The position numbers and the translations under genes are program-made. 64,000 nucleotides of DNA from Chromatiales bacterium (GTDB taxonomy: Bacteria > Pseudomonadota > Gammaproteobacteria > Poriferisulfidales > Oxydemutatoraceae): NCBI GenBank assembly GCA_014323925.1, contig JACONC010000005.1, forward strand, positions 16,117-80,116, read 5' to 3'. Shown here in pieces: positions 21,669-30,975 of the stretch; the first letter of the stretch is position 1; each line of letters starts with the position of its first letter. The notes under the pieces were generated by a model. It was not told the DNA's origin. It searched no databases and saw only the letters and a program-made list of their open reading frames with translations.

Positions 21669-22382
21669 TTAAGACAGTGCCATTTCTAGTTTGTGTTTGC
21701 GGGTGAGCCAGTCGGGCATGGTTCTGTCCAGCAGGCGGTAGAATTCGTTGCTGTGATTGTGGTGTTTGAGGTGGCAGAGTTCGTGGACGATAACATATTC
21801 TATACATTCTTTGGGGGTTTTGATTAAGTCGGTGTTGAGTGTGAGTTGTCCTCTGGGAGAGAGGCTGCCCCATCTTGTTTTAAGCCATTGGATTCTGAGT
21901 TTGGGTTTTATGTGTGTCGCTTGGTCAAAGTTATTCCAGCAGTTGTCTACCATCTTGGTTAAATAGACGAAGGCGTGGCGTTGATACCATGTTGTCATCA
22001 ATTTGCGTATGTAGGTTGGGTCGGACCTGATGCATTGTATATAGAAATAGCCGCTCTTTAACAGCACTTGGTCTCTGCTTGCGAGGGAAATTTTGAGGCG
22101 GTATTTTCTGCCCAAATAGAGATGACTTTCACCGCCGACATATTGTCGCGGTGGTGTTCTTGGTTCAAAGCGGTTGAAGTATGCGATTTGTTTAGTAATC
22201 CAGCGTACCCGTTTGGCAACGCGCGCACGGATAGTATCTATAGAGTAGACCGCAGGTGCTTTAACGACCACTCGCTTATCAGGATGTACCGCTATCTCCA
22301 GCGACTTTCGGTCCATTAGCAATAGTTCGTAGTTGATAACGGTTTCGCCGTAGTGTATCGTGCAAGCGATGGGCTGGGTCAT
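21669..22382 (-). CDS. M48/DUF45 (YgjP-like) zinc metallopeptidase associated with Type I R-M
   Basis: HELCHLKHHNH HExxH zinc motif; 237 aa. Its start overlaps the hsdR stop by 4 nt, which is the classic hsdR-linked DUF45 gene. Confidence 0.7.
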   Translation of the reverse strand: MTQPIACTIHYGETVINYELLLMDRKSLEIAVHPDKRVVVKAPAVYSIDTIRARVAKRVRWITKQIAYFNRFEPRTPPRQYVGGESHLYLGRKYRLKISLASRDQVLLKSGYFYIQCIRSDPTYIRKLMTTWYQRHAFVYLTKMVDNCWNNFDQATHIKPKLRIQWLKTRWGSLSPRGQLTLNTDLIKTPKECIEYVIVHELCHLKHHNHSNEFYRLLDRTMPDWLTRKHKLEMALS

Positions 22383-25300
22383 GTGCTGCGTCTGCTTTCA
22401 GCGATTTTCATGACTCGGCTGATAATATCAACCACCTGTTCCCCTGGTAGCGATATGTTAAATCTTGCTTTGACATCATCGGATAGGTAGTCGTCTATAT
22501 CGCTTTTGATAGAATTACAGGCATCAAAATTGCGCCAAAAATCCACTATAGTATTCTCGTTCAAAATCTTTTGAATGTACAAAGCGGTTTCTGATGCTGC
22601 CTGTTCGGCAAGTTTGTCGTCAGCCAGCCCCTTAAAATGAGATTGCATCACGCCGAAGTAAGCGCAAGCCTCGCGGTTTTCACGTATCGCTTCAGGGACA
22701 TCGTCGCGGGTGTTGGAACTCACCTGATTGCGAACATCCATTGCGATTTTCAAATAGGCTGTGTCTATGATTCTCCCTTGCCTAAAATCGTCTATTGCTT
22801 GTTGAATCAACTTTGAGAACTTTTCATAAAAGGTGGGGTCTTGGTTCTTAAATTTCTCTTTAAGGGTCTTTTTCGTTGCGTGTGCAATGGCATCGGCTCT
22901 AGCTGCGGTTGACCTCACCGACTGATCGTGGATAGGGTTATCCTTCATCACCGCATTGACCGACCGCTCGTCCATTATGTCAATTGGTTCGCTTATTTGT
23001 ATCACTTCCCTGTCCGCGTGTATATGCCTATCCAGAAGTTTCTCTATTCTATTTTCATAAACACCAAAGTCTATTTTTTCGGCGTAGCGCAACTGAACGG
23101 ACTTGCGCAGTTTCATAAAATGCTTAAGGTCACCTCTATAACGGTCTAATTCCTGCTCATCAATCTCGGATAAAAACTTATCGCTAGATAGGGCAATGGC
23201 GAGAGTTTTGCTATATTCGGTCAGACACTCGTAAAAATCGTCGCGTTTATTTTGATCAGCAAGCAGTCTCTCAAATGCTTCGTTATCATTTTTGTTTGTT
23301 ATTTCTTTGAAAATATCCCACAAAGCGGCATGCGCTACCGGCAACTTATCTATTTCTTCTCTGATAGAAATCAGTGCCTTGGCAATATCCTCCTCGTCAA
23401 AGTCCTTAAAAGCATCATACATTATTAATGCTTTATCCAGTTCCGCCAATACTCTATCGTAGTCAACGATATAGCCATGGTCTTTGCCTTCATAGATGCG
23501 ATTGACGCGAGCGATGGCTTGTAGCAAGCTATGTTCTCTTAAGTTCTTGCATAAATAAAGCACCGTGTTCCTAGGTGCATCAAAACCGGTTAAGAGTTTA
23601 TCCACCACGATGATAATTTCCGGTTCTCTCTCGTATTTGAATTGGTCAATAATTTGCTTTTCGTATTCCTGAGGCGTGCCGTACTGATTCATCATTCTTC
23701 TCCAAAATCTGACGACTTCAGCGGTTGAGTCATCATCTATTTTTTGATGACCCTCGCGCGTATCTGGCGACGAGATAACCACTTCCGAACTAACACATCC
23801 TATATCCTCTAATGCGTGGTGATATCTAATGGCTGTGAGCTTGTCGGGTGCGACCAGCTGGGCTTTGAACTCAGTGTCCTGCCAGTTTTCCCTAAAATGC
23901 ATACTAATATCCCACGCACGCGCATAGATCACTTGCTCCGTTTTATTGAGCATCCGCGCACGCGCATATTTTCTCTTCAAATCGGCTTTCTGTTCATCCG
24001 ATAGATCATCGGTGTGCCTCTCAAACCACAAGTCAATGTCCGCTTGGTCTTGTTTTATTCCAACATGCCTGGCTTCGTATAGTAGCGACACAATAGTTTT
24101 ATCTTTCACTGCTTGTTCAATGGGATAACTTGGTTCTATCAAGCGGCCGAATTTGCGAAAACTGTCTTTGTCTTTTTTCATCAGCGGAGTGCCGGTGAAA
24201 CCAATATAACACGCATTAGGTAGCATCTTCCTCATTTTCGCAGCAAAGAAGGCAAAGTTTGTGCGATGGCTTTCATCCACCAACACAAACAGATTGGTAT
24301 CGTCGTCAACATAATCCTGTGCCTTTAATGCCGTATTAAATTTATGTATGACGGTGGTAATAATCGGTGTTTTTGCTTTGAGAAGGGTCGTTAAATTTTT
24401 ACCCGTAGTTGCTCGTGTTCTTTCCAGACCACATTGCTTAAATGTATTTCCCAGCTGCTCATCCAAATCGGTCCTGTCGGTGACCAGTAAAATCCGCGGA
24501 TTGCTAATTTCTGTATCTGATATCAATGCTCTCACCATCATCACCATAGTCAACGACTTGCCTGAGCCTTGTGTGTGCCATACGATGCCGCCTTCACGAC
24601 GGTTGCCATCGTATTGCTTGACTCGCTTTAAGGCATTGTGCACCACGAAAAATTGCTGATAGCGGGCAATTTTTTTAGCACCGTGTTCAAAGATAGTAAA
24701 ACGATAGGTCAGGTCTAGAAGCCGCTCAGGTCGGCATAAACTATAAATCGCCTTGTCCTGTTCAGTGAGTTGCCTGCCACCCTGGGCGTCTATCTCGTCA
24801 AAGTGTTGACGACACTGTGCAAACTCATCAGTAAACAAAACCTCCTTTTGTGCGGCAGACAAAGGTTGATTGACCAACGCTTGGATATCGTCATCTTTGT
24901 CTTCGAGCTCTTGCCATACACTCCAAAATTTTTCCGAAGTACCGGCGGTTGCATATTCCGCCTCATTTTTATTGACCGCTAAAACAAGTTGCGCATAAGC
25001 AAATAGATTGGGAATATAATCCGTACCTTGATTGCGGATATGTTGAGAAATCGCTTCCTCTACTTCAACCTCAGGCGATTTACACTCAATTACACACAAA
25101 GGAATACCGTTGATAAACAGCACAATATCAGGTCTTGCATGCGCATTTGAATGTGCACGCTCAACCGCAAACTCAGGCAACGCATGAAACACATTGTTGG
25201 TTATATCCTTCCAGTCAATGTAGTTTAAGTCAAAACTTCGCGTATTATTCTCCACCGTCTGCGTCAAAGATACCGGCAATGTAATGTAGTCATAAATAGC

Positions 25301-25579
25301 TTCCTGTGTTTTACCTCGCCCGTCACGCCGCACACCCTTAAATTTCTGCACAGCCTCTTGAATGTTCGCCTCCGAGAACAGATACTCTCGCCCCTGATAG
25401 TGGATACGATTAATCTTGTGCAGCTGTTCAGTTAAGATACTCTCCAATAACACATTGCCCGTACTGCCGCCACGCACCGCCAACGCCGCAGCAGGCGGCA
25501 ACACCTGATAACCCAGTTTCGCCAACAACTGCAACGCCGGAATCTGCGACGATCGCAACTCATCAATTTTTAACGACAT
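22379..25579 (-). CDS. hsdR: Type I restriction enzyme R subunit
   Basis: 1066 aa with an N-terminal nuclease region, a Walker A (HTQGSGKS), the DEAH-like VLVDESHR box, SF2 helicase motifs, and the C-terminal helical domain typical of HsdR. Confidence 0.9.
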   Translation of the reverse strand: MSLKIDELRSSQIPALQLLAKLGYQVLPPAAALAVRGGSTGNVLLESILTEQLHKINRIHYQGREYLFSEANIQEAVQKFKGVRRDGRGKTQEAIYDYITLPVSLTQTVENNTRSFDLNYIDWKDITNNVFHALPEFAVERAHSNAHARPDIVLFINGIPLCVIECKSPEVEVEEAISQHIRNQGTDYIPNLFAYAQLVLAVNKNEAEYATAGTSEKFWSVWQELEDKDDDIQALVNQPLSAAQKEVLFTDEFAQCRQHFDEIDAQGGRQLTEQDKAIYSLCRPERLLDLTYRFTIFEHGAKKIARYQQFFVVHNALKRVKQYDGNRREGGIVWHTQGSGKSLTMVMMVRALISDTEISNPRILLVTDRTDLDEQLGNTFKQCGLERTRATTGKNLTTLLKAKTPIITTVIHKFNTALKAQDYVDDDTNLFVLVDESHRTNFAFFAAKMRKMLPNACYIGFTGTPLMKKDKDSFRKFGRLIEPSYPIEQAVKDKTIVSLLYEARHVGIKQDQADIDLWFERHTDDLSDEQKADLKRKYARARMLNKTEQVIYARAWDISMHFRENWQDTEFKAQLVAPDKLTAIRYHHALEDIGCVSSEVVISSPDTREGHQKIDDDSTAEVVRFWRRMMNQYGTPQEYEKQIIDQFKYEREPEIIIVVDKLLTGFDAPRNTVLYLCKNLREHSLLQAIARVNRIYEGKDHGYIVDYDRVLAELDKALIMYDAFKDFDEEDIAKALISIREEIDKLPVAHAALWDIFKEITNKNDNEAFERLLADQNKRDDFYECLTEYSKTLAIALSSDKFLSEIDEQELDRYRGDLKHFMKLRKSVQLRYAEKIDFGVYENRIEKLLDRHIHADREVIQISEPIDIMDERSVNAVMKDNPIHDQSVRSTAARADAIAHATKKTLKEKFKNQDPTFYEKFSKLIQQAIDDFRQGRIIDTAYLKIAMDVRNQVSSNTRDDVPEAIRENREACAYFGVMQSHFKGLADDKLAEQAASETALYIQKILNENTIVDFWRNFDACNSIKSDIDDYLSDDVKARFNISLPGEQVVDIISRVMKIAESRRST

Positions 25580-25748
25580 AACATAACCCTATACTGATAC
25601 TGAACAACTATAATCAAAACCTTTGATAACCCCATACTACTGTGTGCCATAGTCGTCCGTAACCAGTGCCATTGCCTCCTTCAGTAACTTTCTCTGCGAG
25701 ACTGGTCCCCCCTTTTAGTATTAACTAATGCGGTTATCATCGTATAGT

Positions 25749-28001
25749 TCAGGATTTCTTTCTCATATATTTTTCATAATGTTCTTTATAGCCAGTTTCT
25801 ATAAAAACTTGCCTAAATGCTTCTCTAAATACGTCAGTATCTATTTCTCTATTATCGCAAATATTCGTAGCATCAGAGTGTGCTTCTCTATTCATGTATC
25901 GGCAAAATGCTCCGTATTTTTTTGAATCCATAGATTCCAGTATTTTGTGTAGTTTCTTTTTCTCACAGAGGAAGAACGCGAAAAAATACTCAAGTATGTT
26001 CCTCATACTAATCGCCAATAAGGCACTGGTTACTTTTTCTGAAGAATCTTTAATTATCTGCCAATATGATTGGTATTCATTTTGTATGTCATTTTCGTCT
26101 ATGGGTTCAATGAGGGATCCTTGCTTACCTTTTATAACTCTAAAATAGTCTATTGCATTGCTTTCGTTTATCTTTAGTTCATGGAAAAAATATAAACTGT
26201 GAGTCAATATAAATAATTGGTAGTTCTTTCCATCAGTGTTGTTCTTTCTATAAAATTTTTCCTTGATAAGCATAGCTACATTGTATATATGTATGTGAGA
26301 TAAGCTGGATATAGGGTCATCAATAACAATTATTTTATTTTTATCTACCTCATCTGGTTTCTCCCTTCCTAGACATAATTCTATAAAATAAAGAAAGCTA
26401 ATTATCATTTTTTCACCCTCGCTTAAAGTCTTAAAAGCATTTTTATTTTGTCCGTTTCGGACAACCCTGTAATGTTCTTTTTTTTGTTCATGTTTCTCAA
26501 TCTTGAAACCTTCCATGTTGAGTTCACGGAGCCTATTGTTTATACTAAAAATAGCATCTTCTATATTCAATGTATAGCGCTGTGCCTCCTGAATAATTTC
26601 ATTCTGCTTGCCAACTTCCTTTTTTGATTCCTTTATACTGGCTTCCGTTTTCCCTATCTTATTCTTTATCTCGCCTGTATCTTCTTGGTATCTGGTTATC
26701 GTTTGATCATAGTCGCAGCGCATTATTTGCCAAAATATATTCTTAATATCTTCTTTAGTTTGCGCTATGTTCTGAATTTGTAGATTATGCTTATCTATAT
26801 CTTGATTTATTAGGTTTATCGCTTGGTTTAATTTCTCTATATTTCCCTGGGTGCTTTGTAATTCCATCCTTTGGCTTGGGGTATTAATTTTATTTTCAAT
26901 TTTTTGTAAATTGGCGTCTATTTTTCTTAATAGATTTGCATGTAGGCTATTAAAATCAGTTTTATTTGTAGCATCTTTTTGTATATAGGTATTGTCATCA
27001 AACTCTCCTTTGAGGCTGTTAGCTCTATTTTTACTTTCGTTGTATCGTTCTCTTAATTGCCTTAAGTTTTTTAGTTGTTGTTCATAAGTCTCATCAAAAT
27101 AATTCTTTATCTCGTTGGCTAATTCTTTACTGATAGTTTTCTCCTGACAAAAAGGACATTGCTCATTTTCTGTTATATCGTCAGGTTCATTTATATAACA
27201 GACACCCTGACGCACCCAATCGGAATTATTTAACTGTGTAATTAATTCTTTTATCTGGCTATCTTGGTTACCTGTAATAGGTTCTTGAAAAATAGTATTT
27301 CTTTCAATAGCTGCGAAGTCTTTTGGTTCCATGCTATTGAGTGGCTTAATAGTTTGCCCATCTTGCAATGCCTGAGCTTCCTTTTCAAGGTCTTCTACAG
27401 TTTTACTAGGTTTTGTTTCAGGTTTAGAGATATTTATAATATGCTTAAATAGTTTTTTCTTATCTCCTTTAAAGCCTGCTACACAAAAATCTAAAGGCCT
27501 ATCTTTTCCAGAATAATTCGTAATTATCTCCCAGATTTTGTCACGAGCTGCTACCTTAAAATTAGCTTCTTCGGTTTCTAAATCTTTCTTTAGAGCTTCT
27601 TGATTACTCAAACGTTTTTGAAGTTCTTCCTTTTCCTTTTTAGCTTTTTCAATTTCTTTTTCAGCTGCTTTATTTTGTGAAGACAAAGTAAAAATACCCT
27701 TTTGTGATCCTTCTATGCTTTGAAAAATATCTTCAATAAAATTTTGGTTATAGACTAATATCTTTTCTCCATCCTCAAAACCTTCTATAGAGCAGTCACC
27801 ATAATCTATATCAGGTGGGTTTTTACTTTCATCTCTATTATTTGCTTCATACCTAAGATAATCAGATAAGATCGACTTTCCAGTACCATTAAGTCCATAA
27901 AAAAGGTTAATATCCTTGTTTGTTTTTATAGGTTCAGGGTTCTCATCCTTATAAGTTGCTACATTTTTCAGTGTGATTTTTTTAATCATATTAGCCTCCA
28001 T
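25749..28001 (-). CDS. AAA ATPase with coiled-coil and CxxC zinc-hook insert; RloC/PrrC-like anticodon nuclease candidate
   Basis: 750 aa. Walker A (GLNGTGKS) at the N-terminus, a long Lys/Glu-rich coiled coil, a central CPFC motif (QCPFCQEK), and a distal ABC-type signature-like region (DDPISSLS, FILTHS). It lies between hsdS (16-nt overlap) and hsdR, the canonical prrC/rloC position. Confidence 0.55.
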   Translation of the reverse strand: MEANMIKKITLKNVATYKDENPEPIKTNKDINLFYGLNGTGKSILSDYLRYEANNRDESKNPPDIDYGDCSIEGFEDGEKILVYNQNFIEDIFQSIEGSQKGIFTLSSQNKAAEKEIEKAKKEKEELQKRLSNQEALKKDLETEEANFKVAARDKIWEIITNYSGKDRPLDFCVAGFKGDKKKLFKHIINISKPETKPSKTVEDLEKEAQALQDGQTIKPLNSMEPKDFAAIERNTIFQEPITGNQDSQIKELITQLNNSDWVRQGVCYINEPDDITENEQCPFCQEKTISKELANEIKNYFDETYEQQLKNLRQLRERYNESKNRANSLKGEFDDNTYIQKDATNKTDFNSLHANLLRKIDANLQKIENKINTPSQRMELQSTQGNIEKLNQAINLINQDIDKHNLQIQNIAQTKEDIKNIFWQIMRCDYDQTITRYQEDTGEIKNKIGKTEASIKESKKEVGKQNEIIQEAQRYTLNIEDAIFSINNRLRELNMEGFKIEKHEQKKEHYRVVRNGQNKNAFKTLSEGEKMIISFLYFIELCLGREKPDEVDKNKIIVIDDPISSLSHIHIYNVAMLIKEKFYRKNNTDGKNYQLFILTHSLYFFHELKINESNAIDYFRVIKGKQGSLIEPIDENDIQNEYQSYWQIIKDSSEKVTSALLAISMRNILEYFFAFFLCEKKKLHKILESMDSKKYGAFCRYMNREAHSDATNICDNREIDTDVFREAFRQVFIETGYKEHYEKYMRKKS

Positions 28002-29089
28002 TTGGCGGTGAGTAGTTTTTGCATTAAGCCGCGTTTTTGTATGCGGTATCGTTCTGTTAATTGTTTCAGTAAAGTAATTTCTTGTTGGGCGGTATTGAGA
28101 ATTTGAGTAATGGCTTTTTGCTTTTTGATATCGGGCAAGGCAATCGGAATAATACTCAAACTATCAAAGCTGACTGTTTTCCTGACGCTGCCTTGTTCGC
28201 TATTTTTAATTCGCTGCTTGGCTTCGTCGGATGATAGCCAATATAAAAAGTAATCATTCTCAATTTTCTCTGGGTTCAATTTGAAAACTGTATACATCGG
28301 GCTTATTATTCCGTTATGCCAATTATCTAACCTGGCTATTGAACCGACATTAATACGGGCTGGATTGTATGCATATTGACTGCGTTTAACAATTTTGTAG
28401 TTAGAAACATTGCTACTAGCAACTCGTCTTTCAAATTGTTCTTCAGGTAGCACAAAACCACTATGATTAGTAACGCTTAGGACACGGTCTAGCTGATTAT
28501 CTTTGTTGCGTATTGATACTTCCTCAATAAAGTTTAGTAAACGGGTCATTTTATGATCGGATTTGTTGATTAGAGAATTTACCAACCACTCAAACTGTTT
28601 TTTTTTTGCGGCGATTAGGGCTTCGGTTTTTTCAATCGCTGTGTCCCATGTTTCTAATAGAGAGGCGATGGCTTTTTGTTCGGCGAGAGGGGGTATTTTT
28701 ATATCTTGTGCGTACGCAATATTTCTATTCAAACCAGGCACCGCAGAATCTGAATTTAAACTATTTAACCCAAGATTCTTGAGCAAATAGTAAAGAAAAT
28801 GTAAATCACATTTTGTGTTTCGTTCTGAGATATAAAAAGTAGTATCAATAGGGAAAAATGATATGTCACTCTTATAAACGGAGCCTGCTGTTCCTTTTCT
28901 ACCAATAATGATTCCCGGCTCTTTTACTAATGGTTCATTATGCTTTCCAATTAATCCAGCAGAACTAAACACTGGTACATCACCTAAAATCCTCCTCTGC
29001 TTTGGCAATGATTGGCCATAATTAAAAACTGCCACTTCACCCAGTCTCATTTCTTGCCATCCTTTTGGTAATATTTGTTTTTTCATCAT
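27986..29089 (-). CDS. hsdS: Type I restriction-modification specificity subunit
   Basis: 367 aa with two target-recognition-domain halves and conserved repeats (PPLAEQKAIASLLE, LPDIKKQKAITQIL). It is downstream of hsdM. Confidence 0.8.
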   Translation of the reverse strand: MMKKQILPKGWQEMRLGEVAVFNYGQSLPKQRRILGDVPVFSSAGLIGKHNEPLVKEPGIIIGRKGTAGSVYKSDISFFPIDTTFYISERNTKCDLHFLYYLLKNLGLNSLNSDSAVPGLNRNIAYAQDIKIPPLAEQKAIASLLETWDTAIEKTEALIAAKKKQFEWLVNSLINKSDHKMTRLLNFIEEVSIRNKDNQLDRVLSVTNHSGFVLPEEQFERRVASSNVSNYKIVKRSQYAYNPARINVGSIARLDNWHNGIISPMYTVFKLNPEKIENDYFLYWLSSDEAKQRIKNSEQGSVRKTVSFDSLSIIPIALPDIKKQKAITQILNTAQQEITLLKQLTERYRIQKRGLMQKLLTAKWRLI

Positions 29090-29131
29090 CTCTCACCAAT
29101 CTGTAAATACATCACCTGTACATGCGCAGAT

Positions 29132-30646
29132 TCATCTATCAATCCCTTTCAGTAGTTCTCTCATCTTTGTTCGCACTGCACTCAGTTCATTTTCCATTGT
29201 GTCTATTTCATTTTGCACCGCATCAATATCTATTTCTTCCTCTTCTTCAAAGGTGTCTACATAGCGGGGGATGTTCAGGTTAAAGTCATTTTTTTTGATT
29301 GCGTCCAAGTCAGCTAGGTAGGCATATTTATCAACCTTTCGGCGGGCTTCGTAGGTTTTCAGTATCTTGTCTATGTGTGCATCCAGCAGGCTGTTTTGGT
29401 TCTTACCGGCTTGATAGTCGCGGCTGGCATCTATGAATAAGACATCTTTGCGGTGTTGATTTTTGCCGTATTTTTCCCGCGACCTATCAAAGATAAGGAT
29501 AGCAACTGGAATAGATGTGGTTGGAAAGAGATTTTTTGGCAAGCCGATAACTGCGTCCAGCAGGTTGTCTTCTATCAGTTTGGTGCGAATGCGTCCTTCA
29601 GATGCGCCGCGAAATAAAACACCGTGTGGCACAACGACTACAACTCGGCCTTTTTTCTCTGTAGCTGCTTCAATCATATGACTGATGAACGCATAATCGC
29701 CTTTTGACTTGGGTGGTATACCCCGCCAGAAGCGATTGTAGGGATCGTTCGCAGCATCTTCAGCACCCCATTTTTTCATAGAAAAAGGTGGGTTAGCAAC
29801 GATGTTGTCAAACTTCATTAGACGATTTTTATCTACCAGATTGGGATCCTTGAGAGTGTCGCACCACTCTATTCTTGCTGAGCTTTTGCTGTGCAGAAAC
29901 ATGTTCATACGACACAACGCCCAAGTGATAATGTTTGATTCCATGCCGTAGAGTGCATAGTCAGGGCTTGCGACTACCTTTGCTGCTTCAATCAGCAGTC
30001 CGCCCGACCCACAGGCCGGGTCACAGATGCGCGCACCGGCACTCGGCTTGCACAGCTTGGCAACGAGTTCGGATACTTTGTGTGGTGTGTAGAACTCTCC
30101 CGCTTTCTTGCCGGCATCTGAGGCAAAGCGTTCTATTAAATAGATATAGGTATTGCCGATGACATCTTCCGAGACCCGAGGTGGGCGCATATCCAACTGG
30201 GGTTTGTTGAAATCCTCCAGCAGTGTTTTCAGTCGCCGATTTTTATCCTTAGCCTCACCAAGATAGGTTTCGGAATTAAAGTCTATTTTGCGTAATACGC
30301 CTCCCAACTTTTCTTTGTTTTTGATCTCAATGGCACCCAATGCCTGATTGATAATATCACCGATATTTGGTTCGTTGCGCTGATTATATAAATCGTAAAA
30401 ACTTGACCCTTTGGGCAAAACACACCATTTTAGCTTTAGCTTGCGGAGAATACGCGCATCATCGTCGCCGTACTGTTGCTTATAGGCATCATAGTGGTAT
30501 TGCCATACATCGGAGATATATTTGACAAATAATATCACCAGAATATAGTCCTTGTAGTTGGCTGCGTCTACTACGCCGCGGAAAGTGTCGCAAGCCGACC
30601 ACGCCGCATTGTTGATGTCTTGCTGTTTAATAGTCGTTTGTTCCAT
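29132..30646 (-). CDS. hsdM: Type I R-M N6-adenine DNA methyltransferase subunit
   Basis: 504 aa with the HsdM N-terminal domain, the AdoMet motif DPACGSGG and the catalytic NPPF (ANPPFSMKKW). Confidence 0.9.
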   Translation of the reverse strand: MEQTTIKQQDINNAAWSACDTFRGVVDAANYKDYILVILFVKYISDVWQYHYDAYKQQYGDDDARILRKLKLKWCVLPKGSSFYDLYNQRNEPNIGDIINQALGAIEIKNKEKLGGVLRKIDFNSETYLGEAKDKNRRLKTLLEDFNKPQLDMRPPRVSEDVIGNTYIYLIERFASDAGKKAGEFYTPHKVSELVAKLCKPSAGARICDPACGSGGLLIEAAKVVASPDYALYGMESNIITWALCRMNMFLHSKSSARIEWCDTLKDPNLVDKNRLMKFDNIVANPPFSMKKWGAEDAANDPYNRFWRGIPPKSKGDYAFISHMIEAATEKKGRVVVVVPHGVLFRGASEGRIRTKLIEDNLLDAVIGLPKNLFPTTSIPVAILIFDRSREKYGKNQHRKDVLFIDASRDYQAGKNQNSLLDAHIDKILKTYEARRKVDKYAYLADLDAIKKNDFNLNIPRYVDTFEEEEEIDIDAVQNEIDTMENELSAVRTKMRELLKGIDR

Positions 30647-30975
30647 TGTTATTGCCTTATTAGTAGTTTATCTCTTATCTCTTGGTGGATGCGGGTCATT
30701 GCCGTAGCTATTTCCATCTCTGATTTTTCCGTTCTAATGTATAGTAATCGGCAATACACTTTTGCTTTTCTTGATACGGGATGATTGCTTGTAGTTTCGC
30801 CAATGTTCGTTTGCTTATCATTTTAACTACCGATCCTTCGGAACGCATGCGGAAATATGCCTGCAATACCGATCGCTGTACTCCTCAATAAGAGCAACCC
30901 TCTCTATCAGTATCATTATATATAATGTAAGAAAACTTGGATAGGTTCAAAAATTAAAACCATTGGAGGTGAACC

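Noticed and set aside
22928-24982. Several 60-100-aa plus-strand ORFs inside hsdR
   Set aside because: They are antisense to a well-supported 1066-aa hsdR coding region and have no motifs.
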